A DNA stretch of 48,660 bases from an uncultured delta proteobacterium (GTDB lineage Bacteria > Myxococcota > Myxococcia > Myxococcales > Anaeromyxobacteraceae), in assembly GCA_963766715.1 (NCBI GenBank), contig CAVYBH010000006.1:1-48660 (forward strand). The letters run 5' to 3'. Shown in pieces: positions 10,078-22,401 of the stretch. Position numbers and translations under genes: made by a program. Numbering within the stretch: the stretch's first letter is position 1; every line of letters begins with the position of its first letter. The notes under the pieces were generated by a model that was given only the letters and a program-made list of their open reading frames with translations, was not told the DNA's origin and made no database searches.

Positions 10078-11750
10078 CAGCCCATCAGCCGGACGATGTC
10101 GTTCTTGAAGACGAACACCATGAGGGAGACGAGCAGCAGGATCCCGACCAGGTTCGCCACCTCGCGCGTCCGGAGCGACAGCGGCTTGCGGGTCACCGCC
10201 TCCACCGCCGTGGCCACGATGTGCCCGCCGTCGAGCACCGGGATGGGGAGCAGGTTCATCAGCCCCAGGTTCACGCTGATGAGCGCCATCTTGAAGAGGA
10301 AGCTCGACCAGCCCTCCTGCGCGGCCTGGGCGGCGATCTGGAAGAGCATGATCGGCCCGCCCACCGTCTTGAAGCTGATCTCTCCCTGGACGATGCGGGC
10401 GATGCCGAGCGCGGTGAGGCGGACGACCTCCCCGAGGTGGCCCACCGAGCTCGAGAGGGCCTCCCCGACGCCGACCGCGAGCGGCACCTCCTCGGCCACG
10501 AGCGCCCGGGCCTCGACGAGGCCGCGCTGCTCCGGGAAGAAGCCCAGCGTGACCCGCTTGTGCGTCTCGCGGGTCATCTCGTCGACGTACTCCTGGTCCG
10601 CCGGGACGAGCTCGGCGGCGCGGCCGCCCGCGAGCCCGAGCTTCACCGGCGTGCCGGAGAGGAACTCGGGCGACAGCTGGTTCAGCTCGCGGAAGGAGCG
10701 CACCGGCTTGCCGTTCACCGAGGTGATGGCGTCGCCGCGGCGCAGCCCGGCCCGCGCAGCCGGGCTGTCGGGCGTGACCTCGGCGATGAAGGTGGAGACG
10801 GTGGGGTCGGCGGCGGTGAAGGCGGGGACGCCCTCGACGCAGGTCGGGACCGGGCCGAGCCGGACGGGCTCGTAGGTGGAGAGGGAGACGCCGGGCGCGC
10901 CCACCGGGGACTCCCGCAGGACCTCGAGGTCGAGCGGCGCGCAGGGCGCGGCGCGGAGGATCCGGTCGAGGTCGCCCATGTTCCGCACCGGCTGCCCCCC
11001 GGCGCGGACCACGAGGTCGAAGGGGGCGAGCGGGCCGGCGACCCCGGGGAGCGACGGAGCCACCACGGCCGCCGGGAAGGCCGGGCTCACCCCGATGACA
11101 CCGCGAGTGACGGTCTCGACGGGGTTCGACTCCTTCTCGGCGGCGGGGACCACCGGGACGACGACCTTCTGGCCGCCGCGCTCCACGGTGAACTCGATGC
11201 GCTCCCCGGCGCGCGGGCCGACGGCCTGGCGCAGGTCGGAGAAGTAGCGGACCGGCGTGGCCGGCTTGCCCGGGACCGCCACCGTGAGCACGCGGTCGCC
11301 GGCGAGCAGGCCGGCCCGCTCGGCGGCAGACCCCGGCATGATGGTGCCGAGCACCGGCCCGGGCACCGCCGAGCCGTTCTGGGCCAGCGCGAGCGCGAAG
11401 TAGATGACGACCGGGAAGGCGAGGTTGGCGGCCGGCCCGGCGAAGGCGATCACGAAGCGCTTCCAGGGGCGTGCCTCGAGGAAGCCCCTCCCCTTGTCCT
11501 CGGGCGCCACCTCGGCGCCGGGCTCGTCCCCGGCCATCTTCACGTAGCCGCCCAGCGGCAGGATCGAGAGCAGGTACTCGGTCTCCCCGCGGCGGAAGCC
11601 CAGGATCTTCGGGCCGAAGCCGATGGAGAACTTCACCACCTTCACCCCGAGCGCCTTGGCGGCCAGGAAGTGGCCGAACTCGTGGACGAAGATGAGTCCC
11701 CCGAGGAGGAGGACGATCGAGCCGATCTTCAGGAGGATGTCGCTGGCCAT
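10077..11750 (-). CDS. rseP: RIP metalloprotease RseP with multiple PDZ domains
   Basis: HEFGH, FSIGFG, PLGGYVKM, AGPAAN, NLLPIPVLDGG; follows dxr. Confidence 0.95.
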   Translation of the reverse strand: MASDILLKIGSIVLLLGGLIFVHEFGHFLAAKALGVKVVKFSIGFGPKILGFRRGETEYLLSILPLGGYVKMAGDEPGAEVAPEDKGRGFLEARPWKRFVIAFAGPAANLAFPVVIYFALALAQNGSAVPGPVLGTIMPGSAAERAGLLAGDRVLTVAVPGKPATPVRYFSDLRQAVGPRAGERIEFTVERGGQKVVVPVVPAAEKESNPVETVTRGVIGVSPAFPAAVVAPSLPGVAGPLAPFDLVVRAGGQPVRNMGDLDRILRAAPCAPLDLEVLRESPVGAPGVSLSTYEPVRLGPVPTCVEGVPAFTAADPTVSTFIAEVTPDSPAARAGLRRGDAITSVNGKPVRSFRELNQLSPEFLSGTPVKLGLAGGRAAELVPADQEYVDEMTRETHKRVTLGFFPEQRGLVEARALVAEEVPLAVGVGEALSSSVGHLGEVVRLTALGIARIVQGEISFKTVGGPIMLFQIAAQAAQEGWSSFLFKMALISVNLGLMNLLPIPVLDGGHIVATAVEAVTRKPLSLRTREVANLVGILLLVSLMVFVFKNDIVRLMG

Positions 11751-11832
11751 GGGAGGATCCGACCCCGCTGCTTCCCGGGAGTCTTAGCCCGACAACCGCC
11801 GGCGCGCAGGAGGATTCCCGGGCCCCGGATGG

Positions 11833-12977
<1,145 letters not shown>

Positions 12978-12981
<4 letters not shown>

Positions 12982-13811
12982 CGGCCGAGCCACATCGCGC
13001 AGGCCACGACCCAGGGCGCGACGAAGAGGACCGCGTCGATCCGGTCGAGGAGGCCGCCGTGGCCGGGGATGACGCGCCCCGAGTCCTTCACGCCGGCGGC
13101 GCGCTTGAGCATCGACTCGGAGAGGTCGCCGAGGGGACCGAGCACGGCCGCACCGGCGCCCACCACCACCACCGCGGGAATCGACACGGCGGGCAGGAAG
13201 AGGAGCTTCACCGCCACCGCGCCGGCGATGCTCCCCACGGCGCCCCCCCAGAATCCCTCCCAGGTCTTCTTGGGCGAGATGCGCGGAGCGAGCGGCCGCT
13301 TCCCCAGGAACCGGCCGGCGAAGTAGGCCAGCGTGTCGTTCGCCCAGCTCACGATGAAGAGGAGCACCACCCACTGCCAGCCGGCGGACTCGTGCACCCG
13401 CAGGGCCACGACCGAGGACGGCAGGAGGCCGGCGTAGCCCCAGGCGAGGGCGGCCAGCCCGGCCGATCGCGGGGCCTGCTCGAGCGCGCCGCGCTGCAGC
13501 AGGGCGGCGACGAGGAGCGCCACGACCATTCCGGCCGCGAGCACGCCCGACCAGTCCTGGAAGGCCTTGCCCCCCTGCGGCCAGAGCCAGGCCCCGATGG
13601 GGCAGGCGGCCGCGCCCAGCACGCCGAGCCAGCCGGTGGGCGGCAGGCGCTTCTCGAACATCCAGATGAGCTCGCCGGCGGAGAGCGCAGCCGCCACCGC
13701 GATGAGGATCGCGAAGGGGAGCCCCCCGAGCCAGGTCATCCAGACGGCGAACGGGAAGAGCGCGAGCGCGGTCACGACCCGGACGGCGAGGTTCCGGTTC
13801 TGCTCGCGCAT
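12978..13811 (-). CDS. cdsA: Phosphatidate cytidylyltransferase
   Basis: Multi-TM; DTLAYFAG, ISPKKTWEG, KDSGRVIPGHGGLLDRID. Confidence 0.96.
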
Positions 13812-13815
13812 GCGC

Positions 13816-14562
<747 letters not shown>

Positions 14563-14569
14563 GGGCGGG

Positions 14570-14578
14570 CTTATAGCA
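14570..14578 (-). promoter_or_regulatory. Extended -10 element for the uppS operon (likely leaderless)
   Basis: TGcTATAAG 7 nt upstream of the GTG start; no SD. Confidence 0.5.
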
Positions 14579-14609
14579 CGCCACCCGGACCGTCTGGCGA
14601 GGGGCCGGT

Positions 14610-14639
14610 TTGACCCGTCCGGGCGACGACCTCTATCCT
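14610..14639 (+). promoter_or_regulatory. Sigma70-type promoter of the kinase cassette
   Basis: TTGACC-N18-TATCCT, 7 nt upstream of GTG 14647. Confidence 0.55.
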
Positions 14640-14646
14640 TTTGATC

Positions 14647-15778
14647 GTGCCCCCGCGGTGCGTAGGTCCATGGGAGATCCTCTCGGTCATCGGCCGAGGT
14701 GGCGTGGGCACCGTCTATCGTGCCCGGCACCTCCTCGACGGCATGCCGGCGGCCGTGAAGCTCCTCGGTCCGGCCCCCGCGGTGGACCCCACCTCGGCCC
14801 GGCGGCTGGCCCGGGAGTTCGAGGTCCTCCGCGCGCTCCAGCACCCGAACGTCGTGCGGGTCTTCGACGCCGGACAGGCCGAGGGCTACTCCTGGCTGGC
14901 CATGGAGCTGGTGGAGGGGCTCGACCTTCGCACCTATCTCGCACCGCTGGCCGGGAGCCCGATCCTCGAGCTCTCGTCCATCCACGGGACTGGCTCGGCC
15001 GCCGAGCCTCCGGGCGGCGGGACGGTGTTCGACATGGAGGCCTGGTTGCGCGAGCCGGAGACGCACGCCGACGTCGAGGCCATCGTGGCCCGGCCTCCGG
15101 GATCCGGAGTCGAGGACATCCGGGCCTTCGCCGATCTCATGGAGGAGCCGGAGACCGACGACGGGTCGCGGCTCCTGGACGCACCGCGCCGACCCGCCCC
15201 ACGCGGTGGACCTCGCCGCCGGCGAGGAGCCCGAGCCGGAGCCTCCCTCCGCGGCGCTCGCCCTCCAGCTCAACCGGCCGGAGCGGATCGCCCGGCTCCG
15301 CACCGTGCTCGGCGAGGTGCTGGGCGCGCTCGAGTTCGTGCACGGCCGCGGCTTCGTCCACCGCGACCTCAAGCCGTCGAACATCATGGTGGACGACGCG
15401 CGCCGGGCCCGGATCATGGACTTCGGCCTGGTGAAGCAGCTCGCCGACGCGAGCGCGCTCACCCTGTCCGGCAAGGTGGTCGGAACCTACCGCTACATGG
15501 CGCCGGAGCAGGCGTCGGGGCGCGACGTCGATCACCGCGCCGACCTCTGGAGCGTGGGGGTCATCCTCTACGAGCTCCTGGTCGGGCGCCCCCCCTTCCC
15601 TTCCTCGATCCCGGGAGAGCTCTGGCGGGAGATCACGAGCCTCGAGCCCCCGGCCATCCTCGACCTGAATCCGGGGGCCGACCCGGTCCTGGCGAGGACC
15701 TCGGCGCGGCTCCTGCGGAAGGACCCGGCCCAGCGCTTCCAGACCGCGGCCGAGGTCCGGGCCGCCGCCGGCGTGTGA
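14647..15778 (+). CDS. Hanks-type Ser/Thr protein kinase, cytoplasmic, with a long acidic insert (frameshift near 15190)
   Basis: GRGGVG, AAVK, HPNVV, MELVEG, HRDLKPSN, DFG, GTYRYMAPE, DLWSVG; no TM segment. Confidence 0.92.
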
Positions 15779-15818
15779 CCGCGGCGGCGTGACAGACGTC
15801 GCCGGTACCCTCCTCGTC

Positions 15819-16484
15819 GTGTCGCTCATCCCCTCGGCCGCGCTCTCCTACCCGGCGCTCGTCGCGGAGTTCTTCCTCCAGCTTCGGGGGGCGGGGCTCC
15901 TGCTCTCTCCCCTCGACCTGGAGCTGGTGAGCGAGTGGGAGCGGCGAGGCGTCCCGTCGGCCGTGGTGTGCCGCGGGCTGCGACGAGGCTGGGAGGAACT
16001 GACGCGGGACCGCGCGCCCGGGGCCACGCCGCCGCGGTCCCTGCGGGCGCTCCGCGGCTTCGTCGAGGAGGAGTGGCGCGCCTACCGGGACGGGCGGGTC
16101 GGCGACGGAGGCGCCCGGGGCGCGGAGCCGGACGCGGCCCGTGCCCGCCTGGCGGCGGCCCGGTCGGGCCTCGCCGAGGCCGAGGCGGCCTCCTCCGGCG
16201 CAAGGCGCGACGCCTACCGGGAGGCCCTCGACCTGCTGCCGGCCGACGCGGCCACGCTCGACGAGGTCGAGGCCGCCGTGGAGGCGGCCGACGACCTGAT
16301 CCTGCGAAGGTGGGTCGGCTCGCTCCCGAGGCCCGAGCGCTCGGCCCTCGGCCCTCGCTGCCGCCTGCTCGCGGGCGATCGCTCCCGGCGGGCCCGTCGC
16401 GCCGCCTACCGGGAAACCCTGCGAATGCACCTCTTCGAGGCAGCCCGGCGGGCGGGGATACTCTGCCTCCGCGGGACCGTGTAG
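15819..16484 (+). CDS. Conserved hypothetical protein with a DnaD/DnaB_2-like N-terminal helical motif (alternative start 15789)
   Basis: FFLQLRGAGLLLSPLDLELVSEWERRGVPSAVVCRGL resembles the DnaD pattern F...GR.LSP.E...I..W......ELI..AL; lies between the kinase and the loader-like ATPase. Confidence 0.6.
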   Translation: MSLIPSAALSYPALVAEFFLQLRGAGLLLSPLDLELVSEWERRGVPSAVVCRGLRRGWEELTRDRAPGATPPRSLRALRGFVEEEWRAYRDGRVGDGGARGAEPDAARARLAAARSGLAEAEAASSGARRDAYREALDLLPADAATLDEVEAAVEAADDLILRRWVGSLPRPERSALGPRCRLLAGDRSRRARRAAYRETLRMHLFEAARRAGILCLRGTV

Positions 16485-16497
16485 ACTCCGCCGCCCG

Positions 16498-17376
16498 ATG
16501 GCGGAAACGAAAGACAGCGGCGCCTGCACGACGTGCGGGGGTGCGGGATACGCCGTGGAGCAGGTGGTCGGCGGACCCGCCCGGGCGCGACGGTGCACCT
16601 GCCAGACCGCCTGCACCCGCTGCGGAGGGACCGGCTACGTCATGGTGACGAGCGGACCGGGCCGGGTGGCCCAGGCCTGCAGCTGCCGCGACCTCGACCG
16701 GCGCATCGCCACCTTCAACGCGGCGGCCATCCCGGCGGCGGTCGCCAAGGCCTCCTTCGAGACCTTCCGCCCCTGGTCGCAGAGCCAGTCCCGCGCCAAG
16801 GTCGCCTGCGAGACCTTCGCCCACGGCGTGCGCGGCGATCAGGCCAGCCGGGGGGTGCTCCTCCACGGGAAGCCGGGCTGCGGGAAGACCCACCTGCTGG
16901 CCGCCTCCCTGCGCTGGCTCTCCCTCGAGAAGGGCATCACCTGCCGCTACGTGGAGTTCATGCTGCTGCTCTCCGACATCCGCGCCGGGTTCGGCTCGAA
17001 CCGGGGGCACATGGAGATCCTGGGGCCGCTCTCGACCGTCCCCGTGCTCGCCATCGACGAGCTGGGCAAGGAGCGGGGCACGGAGTGGGAGCGCTCCATG
17101 CTCGACGAGCTCATCAGCCGCCGCTACAACTCCGGCCTGACCACCGTCTTCGCGACCAACTACCCGCGCGATCCGCAGCCCGTCCCGGTCCCTGCCGGCG
17201 GGAAGTTCCACACGGCCTCGAAGGACTTCCAGCGCGACGCCGAGCTCATGAGCCTGGAGGAGCGGGTCGGGCAGCGCATCTACTCGCGCCTGAACGAGAT
17301 GTGCGACTTCGTGGCCGTGGACGGCCCGGACTACCGCAAGGACGCCGAGCCCGGTCGCGGCTCGTTCTGGCGCTAG
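16498..17376 (+). CDS. DnaC/DnaI/IstB-family AAA+ ATPase with N-terminal Cys-rich zinc-binding region
   Basis: [28 protein letters not shown]; Walker A GKPGCGKT; Walker [23 protein letters not shown]. Confidence 0.88.
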   Translation: MAETKDSGACTTCGGAGYAVEQVVGGPARARRCTCQTACTRCGGTGYVMVTSGPGRVAQACSCRDLDRRIATFNAAAIPAAVAKASFETFRPWSQSQSRAKVACETFAHGVRGDQASRGVLLHGKPGCGKTHLLAASLRWLSLEKGITCRYVEFMLLLSDIRAGFGSNRGHMEILGPLSTVPVLAIDELGKERGTEWERSMLDELISRRYNSGLTTVFATNYPRDPQPVPVPAGGKFHTASKDFQRDAELMSLEERVGQRIYSRLNEMCDFVAVDGPDYRKDAEPGRGSFWR

Positions 17377-18556
17377 GCGTAGGCGACCTTCCTCCACCAG
17401 CCTGCGGTGGAGCACCCGCACCGCGTCGGGGGCGCGCGCGGCCGAGCACCACGCGGTGACCCGGAAGCCCGTGGCGAGCACCGCCCTCGGCTCCTCGCCG
17501 GCGCCCCGCACCGCGGCGAGGACCTCGCGCAGCACGCCCGGGCCCGCCCCGGCGCGGGCCCCGACCACCGACACCGAGCCCGCGTCCCGGTCGTCCACCG
17601 CCGCGTCGGGCACGGCGGCGAGCAGCTCGGCGCGGGCCGACGCCCACTCGTGGACGTTGTCGAGCGGAATCACCGCGAGTGCGCGCCCGCCGTGCGCGGC
17701 CACGTCGGCGGCGACGGCCCCCCGGCGCTCCAGCGCGTCGAGCGCCGCGCCGAGTCGCGCCCCAAGGCACCTCCACGAGCGCCAGGTTCTTCTGCGAGGC
17801 CACCCCGGCGATCCGGCCCCCCGGCGCGGCGTGCCCGCGGACGACCGTCTCCGCCGTCGACCCCGCCGTGGCCCGCGCGTGGATGGCGATCCCCCGCTCC
17901 CGCGCGAACTGCACGGCGTCCGCGTTCAGGACCTTGGCGCCGGCCCGGGCCAGCTCCTGCATCTCCTCGTAGGAGATCTCGTCGAGCCGGCGCGGGCTCG
18001 TCACCACCCGCGGGTCGGCCGTGTAGACGCCGTCCACGTCCGAGTAGATCTCGCAGTCGGCGCCGAGCGAGGCGGCCAGCGCCACCGCGGTGGTGTCGGA
18101 CCCTCCCCGACCGAGCGTGGTCACCTCCTTGCGCGGCGAGACGCCCTGGAAGCCGGCCACGATGACGACCCGGCCCCGGTCGAGCTCCTCCCAGACCCGG
18201 ACCGGCCTCACCTCGACGATGCGCGCCGAGGCGTGGCGGTCGTCGGTGAGGATGCCCGCCTGGCTGCCGGTGAAGCTCACGGCCGGGACGCCCAGGTCCT
18301 CGAGGGCCATGGCGAGCAGCGCCATCGAGATGCGCTCGCCGGCGGTGAGCAGCATGTCGAGCTCGCGCCGGGCCGGGCTCTCCGAGACCTTCTTCGCGAG
18401 CGCCAGCAGCTCGTCGGTGGTCTTGCCCATGGCCGAGACCACCACGCAGACCCGGCGCCCCTCCCTGCGCGCCACGGCGACCCGCTCCGCCACCTTCCGG
18501 ACCTTCTCGACGTCGGCCACCGACGAGCCGCCGAACTTCTGGACCACCACGTTCAT
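17373..18556 (-). CDS. lysC: Aspartate kinase (frameshifts near 17760 and near the 3' end)
   Basis: [52 protein letters not shown]-like C-terminus in a second frame. Confidence 0.92.
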
Positions 18557-18669
18557 CTGGTTCCTCCCTCGCCCCGGGCGCGCGGATCCTACCACCGCGC
18601 CTTTCCTTGACAGGCCTCGTCGCGAACGCGATTGTCGGCCGGTCGGCGGGCGGCGTCCGGAGGGCGCGG

Positions 18670-19415
18670 ATGATCGAGGTCAGCGGTCTCACCAAGCGCT
18701 TCCGCGACCGGACCGCCGTCGACGACCTCACCTTCACCATCGCGCGCGGGGAGGTGGTGGGGCTGCTCGGCCCGAACGGGGCGGGCAAGACCACCACCAT
18801 GCGGCTGCTGGCCGGCTTCCTGCCCGCCACCTCCGGCACCGCGCGGGTGGCCGGCTTCGACGTCTTCGAGCAGGCCATGGAGGCCCGGCGCCGCGTCGGG
18901 CTACCTGCCCGAGACGCCTCCCCTCTACGACTCGATGACGGTGCGGGGTTACCTCCGCTTCGTGGCCGAGCTGAAGGGCGTGGCCCGGCGCGGCCTCGAC
19001 GAGGAGGTCGCCCGGGTGGCCGCGCTCACCGGGACCACCGAGGTGCTCGAGCGGCTCTCGCGGCAACCTCTCGAAGGGATTCCGCCAGCGCGTCGGCATC
19101 GCCCAGGCGCTGCTCCACGACCCGGACGTGCTCATCCTCGACGAGCCCACCGTCGGCCTCGACCCGATCCAGATCCGCGAGGTGCGGGACCTGGTGCGCT
19201 CGCTCGGCGGACGGCACACCGTGCTCCTCTCCTCCCACCTGCTTCCGGAGGTGGCGATGACCTGCTCCAAGGTCATCGTCCTGCAGGGCGGCCGGCTGGT
19301 CGACCACGACACCCTCGACGGGCTCATCGCCCGCCACCTCCCGGGGCGCCAGGTCACGCTCGACGAGATCTCCTTCCTCGAGGAGATCTTCGGGAAGCTC
19401 ATCACCCCCGCCTGA
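18670..19415 (+). CDS. ABC transporter ATP-binding subunit (GldA-like); two frameshifts
   Basis: [20 protein letters not shown] signature across the frameshift, [17 protein letters not shown]. Confidence 0.88.
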
Positions 19416-19420
19416 GACCC

Positions 19421-20219
19421 GTGCGCGCCATCCTCGCCATCGCCCGCAAGGAGCTGTCGATCTACTTCACCACCCCGGTCGCCTGGGTGGTGCTGGTCGT
19501 CGTGGCCTTCTTCTCCGCCCAGGTCTTCGCCGGCGGCGCTGGAGACCTTCCGCCTCCTCGCCACGCGGGCCGGCGAGCTCCCCGGGGGCGCGGCCCTCGT
19601 GGAGCGGATGAACCTCACCGACGTGGTGGTGACACGCCTCCTCGGCTCGGTCGGCCTCCTCCTGGTCGTCACCACCCCGTTCCTCTCCATGCGGCTCGTC
19701 GCCGAGGAGCGGCGCGCCGGGACCTTCGAGCTGCTCATGACCGCGCCGGTGCGGCCGGCGGAGATCGTGCTGGGCAAGTACCTGGCCGCCCTCCTCGTGC
19801 TCTGCGCGGCGCTCTCGCTCGTGGCCGTCTTCCCGGCCTTCCTGTCGGTGGTGGGGCGCGGGGCGCAGGGCGGCGGCGCCGTCGAGTGGGCCACCGCGGG
19901 CGCCGGCCTGCTGGGCCTCTTCCTGCTCGGTGCCGCGGCGCTCGCCGTGGGACTCGCCTTCTCGGCCCTCTCCGAGACGCCGGTGGTGGCGGCGCTGCTC
20001 TCCCTGCTCGTCCTGCTCGGGCTCTGGCTCGCCACCATGTTCACCGTGGGCGCGGGCGGCGCGGCCCGGAACCTGGCGGCCGGCCTCTCCGCCTCCGAGC
20101 ACCTCGCGCCGTTCCTGCAGGGGCGGATCGCCCTCGGCGACGTCCTCTACTACCTCTCCCTCTGCGTCCTGGGCCTGTTCGTGGCCGAGCGGGCCGTCGA
20201 GGGGCGGCGCTGGGGCTGA
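19421..20219 (+). CDS. ABC-2 type permease (GldF-like); frameshift near 19540
   Basis: IARKELSIYFTTPVAW, MRLVAEERRAGTFELLMTAPV, IVLGKYLA; multi-TM. Confidence 0.88.
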
Positions 20220-20221
20220 CC

Positions 20222-21757
20222 GTGAGCCGCTCCCTCCTCGCCCGCATCCTCCTCGCCACCGGCCTCGTGCTGCTGGCGAGCGCGCTCGTGACGCTGCTCC
20301 TCGGCGACGCCCGGCTGCTGGCCGGCAAGGTGATCCTGGGGCTCGTGGTGGTCGCGGCCGGCGCGCTCCTCTCCGGGAGGACCAGCCTCTCCCGCCTCGC
20401 GTCGGCGCGCGGCGCCCGCTACGCGGCCGTCACCGCCCTCTCCGCGGTGCTGCTGGCCGCGACGCTGGGGGTGGCCACCTGGATGGCGCAGCGCCGCCCG
20501 CTCGCGCTCGACGTCACCCGCCAGCGGATCCACACCCTCTCGCCGGACACGGTGGGCACCCTCGCCTCCCTTCCCGGCGACGTGGAGGTGCTGGCCTTCT
20601 TCCGGCCGGACGACGGCGGCTTCGCCCCGGCCCAGGAGATCCTCCGGCGGTACGCGGAGCGGAGCCCTCGCTTCCGGTTCACGCTCGTCGACCCGTACGC
20701 GAGCCCCGAGCTGGTCCGGCGCCACGGGATCACCGACTCCGGGCCCCGGGTGGTGGTGACGCTGGGACCGGAGACCGCCCGCCTGCGCGACCTCTCGGAG
20801 GAGAGCCTCACGAACGCCCTGGTGCGGGTCTCCCACCCGGGCCGGCGGCGCGTCTATTTCACCCAGGGTCACGGGGAGGCCTCGCCGTCCGACACCGCGC
20901 GGATGGGCTGGTCGCTGGCGGCCCGGGCGCTGGAGAAGGAGAACCTCGAGGTCGCGCCGCTCGCGCTCCTCTCGGCGGCCGAGGTTCCCGCCGACGCCGC
21001 CGCGGTGCTGGTGGTCGGCCCGCGCCGGGCCTTCCTCGATCCCGAGGTCGCGGCGCTCCAGGCCTTCGCGACGCGGGGCGGCCACCTGGGGATCTTCCTG
21101 GAGCCGGAGGTCGAGGCCGGGCTCGACCCGCTCCTCTCCGGGCTCGGCGTCGAGGCCGGGAACGACATGGTGGTGGACCCCAATCCGCTCTCGCGCCTGG
21201 CGGGGGCGACGCCCGTCATGCCGGTCCTCCATCCGTCCGCCGCCCACCCGGTGAGCGAGCCGCTCACGGAGGTGGGCGTGGTCTTCCCCACCGCGCGCTC
21301 GCTCGTGGCGCTGCGCGGCGCGCCGGCCCGGCCTGTGCCGCTCGCGCTCACGTCGGCGAGCGCCTGGGCGGAGAACGACGTCCGCTCGGTCTTCGCCGGC
21401 ACGGCCCGGCTCGGAGACGGGGAGAAGGTGGGCCCCATTCCCCTCGCCATGGCGGTGCAGTGGGCCGTCCCGGGGACGCCTCCCCGCGAGCTGCGCGCCA
21501 TCGTGGCCGGCGACGCCGACTTCTTCTCGAACGGCTACCTGCACCTCCTCGGCAACCGCGACCTCTTCCTCTCCATGGTGAGCTGGCTCGCCGAGCGGGA
21601 CGACCGGCTGGTGATCCGCCCGCGGGCCCGCGAGGGCTCGCGACTCACGCTCACCGAGGGGCAGGTGGGCGTGCTCAAGTTCCTCGCCATCGACGCGCTG
21701 CCGGTCCTCCTGCTCGTCGCCGGGCTGGCGGTGTGGATGGCGCGGCGGGAGCGATGA
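20222..21757 (+). CDS. GldG-family ABC transporter auxiliary component
   Basis: DVTRQRIHTLS, YFTQGHGE, VAGDADFFSN, NRDLFLSMVSWL, C-terminal TM. Confidence 0.88.
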   Translation: MSRSLLARILLATGLVLLASALVTLLLGDARLLAGKVILGLVVVAAGALLSGRTSLSRLASARGARYAAVTALSAVLLAATLGVATWMAQRRPLALDVTRQRIHTLSPDTVGTLASLPGDVEVLAFFRPDDGGFAPAQEILRRYAERSPRFRFTLVDPYASPELVRRHGITDSGPRVVVTLGPETARLRDLSEESLTNALVRVSHPGRRRVYFTQGHGEASPSDTARMGWSLAARALEKENLEVAPLALLSAAEVPADAAAVLVVGPRRAFLDPEVAALQAFATRGGHLGIFLEPEVEAGLDPLLSGLGVEAGNDMVVDPNPLSRLAGATPVMPVLHPSAAHPVSEPLTEVGVVFPTARSLVALRGAPARPVPLALTSASAWAENDVRSVFAGTARLGDGEKVGPIPLAMAVQWAVPGTPPRELRAIVAGDADFFSNGYLHLLGNRDLFLSMVSWLAERDDRLVIRPRAREGSRLTLTEGQVGVLKFLAIDALPVLLLVAGLAVWMARRER

Positions 21758-21779
21758 CGGGCTCGCGGGCGCCACGGGG

Positions 21780-22328
21780 ATGACCGCCCGCTCGCGCGTC
21801 GCCTGGGTCGCGGTCTCCCTCGGCGCCCTCTTCGCCGGGATGGTTTCCTGGGCGCTGCTCGCCGTGGAGCGGCCCGAGACGGAGGCCCGGGCGACCCACG
21901 AGCGGGAGTCCCGGGTCCTGGCCTTCTCGCCCGGCGAGGTCGTCGCGGTCGCCATCGCCCCGCGATCGGGGGTGGAGGTCCGGCTCGCGCGGTCGGGCGA
22001 CGGCTGGCGGCTCGTCGCACCTTCGGCCGGGCCGGCCCGCGCGCTCGCGGTGGAAGGGTTCCTCGACCGGCTGGGCGCCATGCGGGTCCGGAGCTCGATA
22101 CCGGCCGGGAGCGCGCTTGCACCCCTCGGCCTCGCCCCCCCGGCGTCCCGCCTCTCGCTCACCCTTCGTGGGGGCCGGACGCTCGAGCTCGACCTCGGGG
22201 ACGAGAACCCCTTCGACCGGAGCCGCTACTGCCGCTCCGGCGGGGACGTCCGGGTGATCGAGGGGGTTCCGCCGGCCGCCGCCGATCCGGCCCCGGAGGC
22301 GTTCCAGGGAGGCGCGGACGCCCGATGA
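21780..22328 (+). CDS. DUF4340-like membrane-anchored protein
   Basis: N-terminal [23 protein letters not shown]; typical last gene of Gld-type ABC operons. Confidence 0.7.
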   Translation: MTARSRVAWVAVSLGALFAGMVSWALLAVERPETEARATHERESRVLAFSPGEVVAVAIAPRSGVEVRLARSGDGWRLVAPSAGPARALAVEGFLDRLGAMRVRSSIPAGSALAPLGLAPPASRLSLTLRGGRTLELDLGDENPFDRSRYCRSGGDVRVIEGVPPAAADPAPEAFQGGADAR

Positions 22329-22330
22329 GC

Positions 22331-22359
22331 TTGATCTTCCGGGGACTTGCCCTTATCTT
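22331..22359 (+). promoter_or_regulatory. Sigma70-type promoter of rpoZ
   Basis: TTGATC-N17-TATCTT. Confidence 0.5.
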
Positions 22360-22401
22360 CCCGCTTCCTTCCGTTCGTCCCAGCCCCAGAGGTCCCGAGA
22401 G

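Noticed and set aside
16498..17376. IS21 element (IstB helper ATPase)
   Set aside because: No IstA/DDE transposase, terminal inverted repeats or target duplication nearby; the N-terminal zinc fingers and core-gene context fit a loader-like protein better
15789..17376. Prophage replication module
   Set aside because: No integrase, structural or lysis genes, and no visible compositional shift; at most an ancient domesticated remnant
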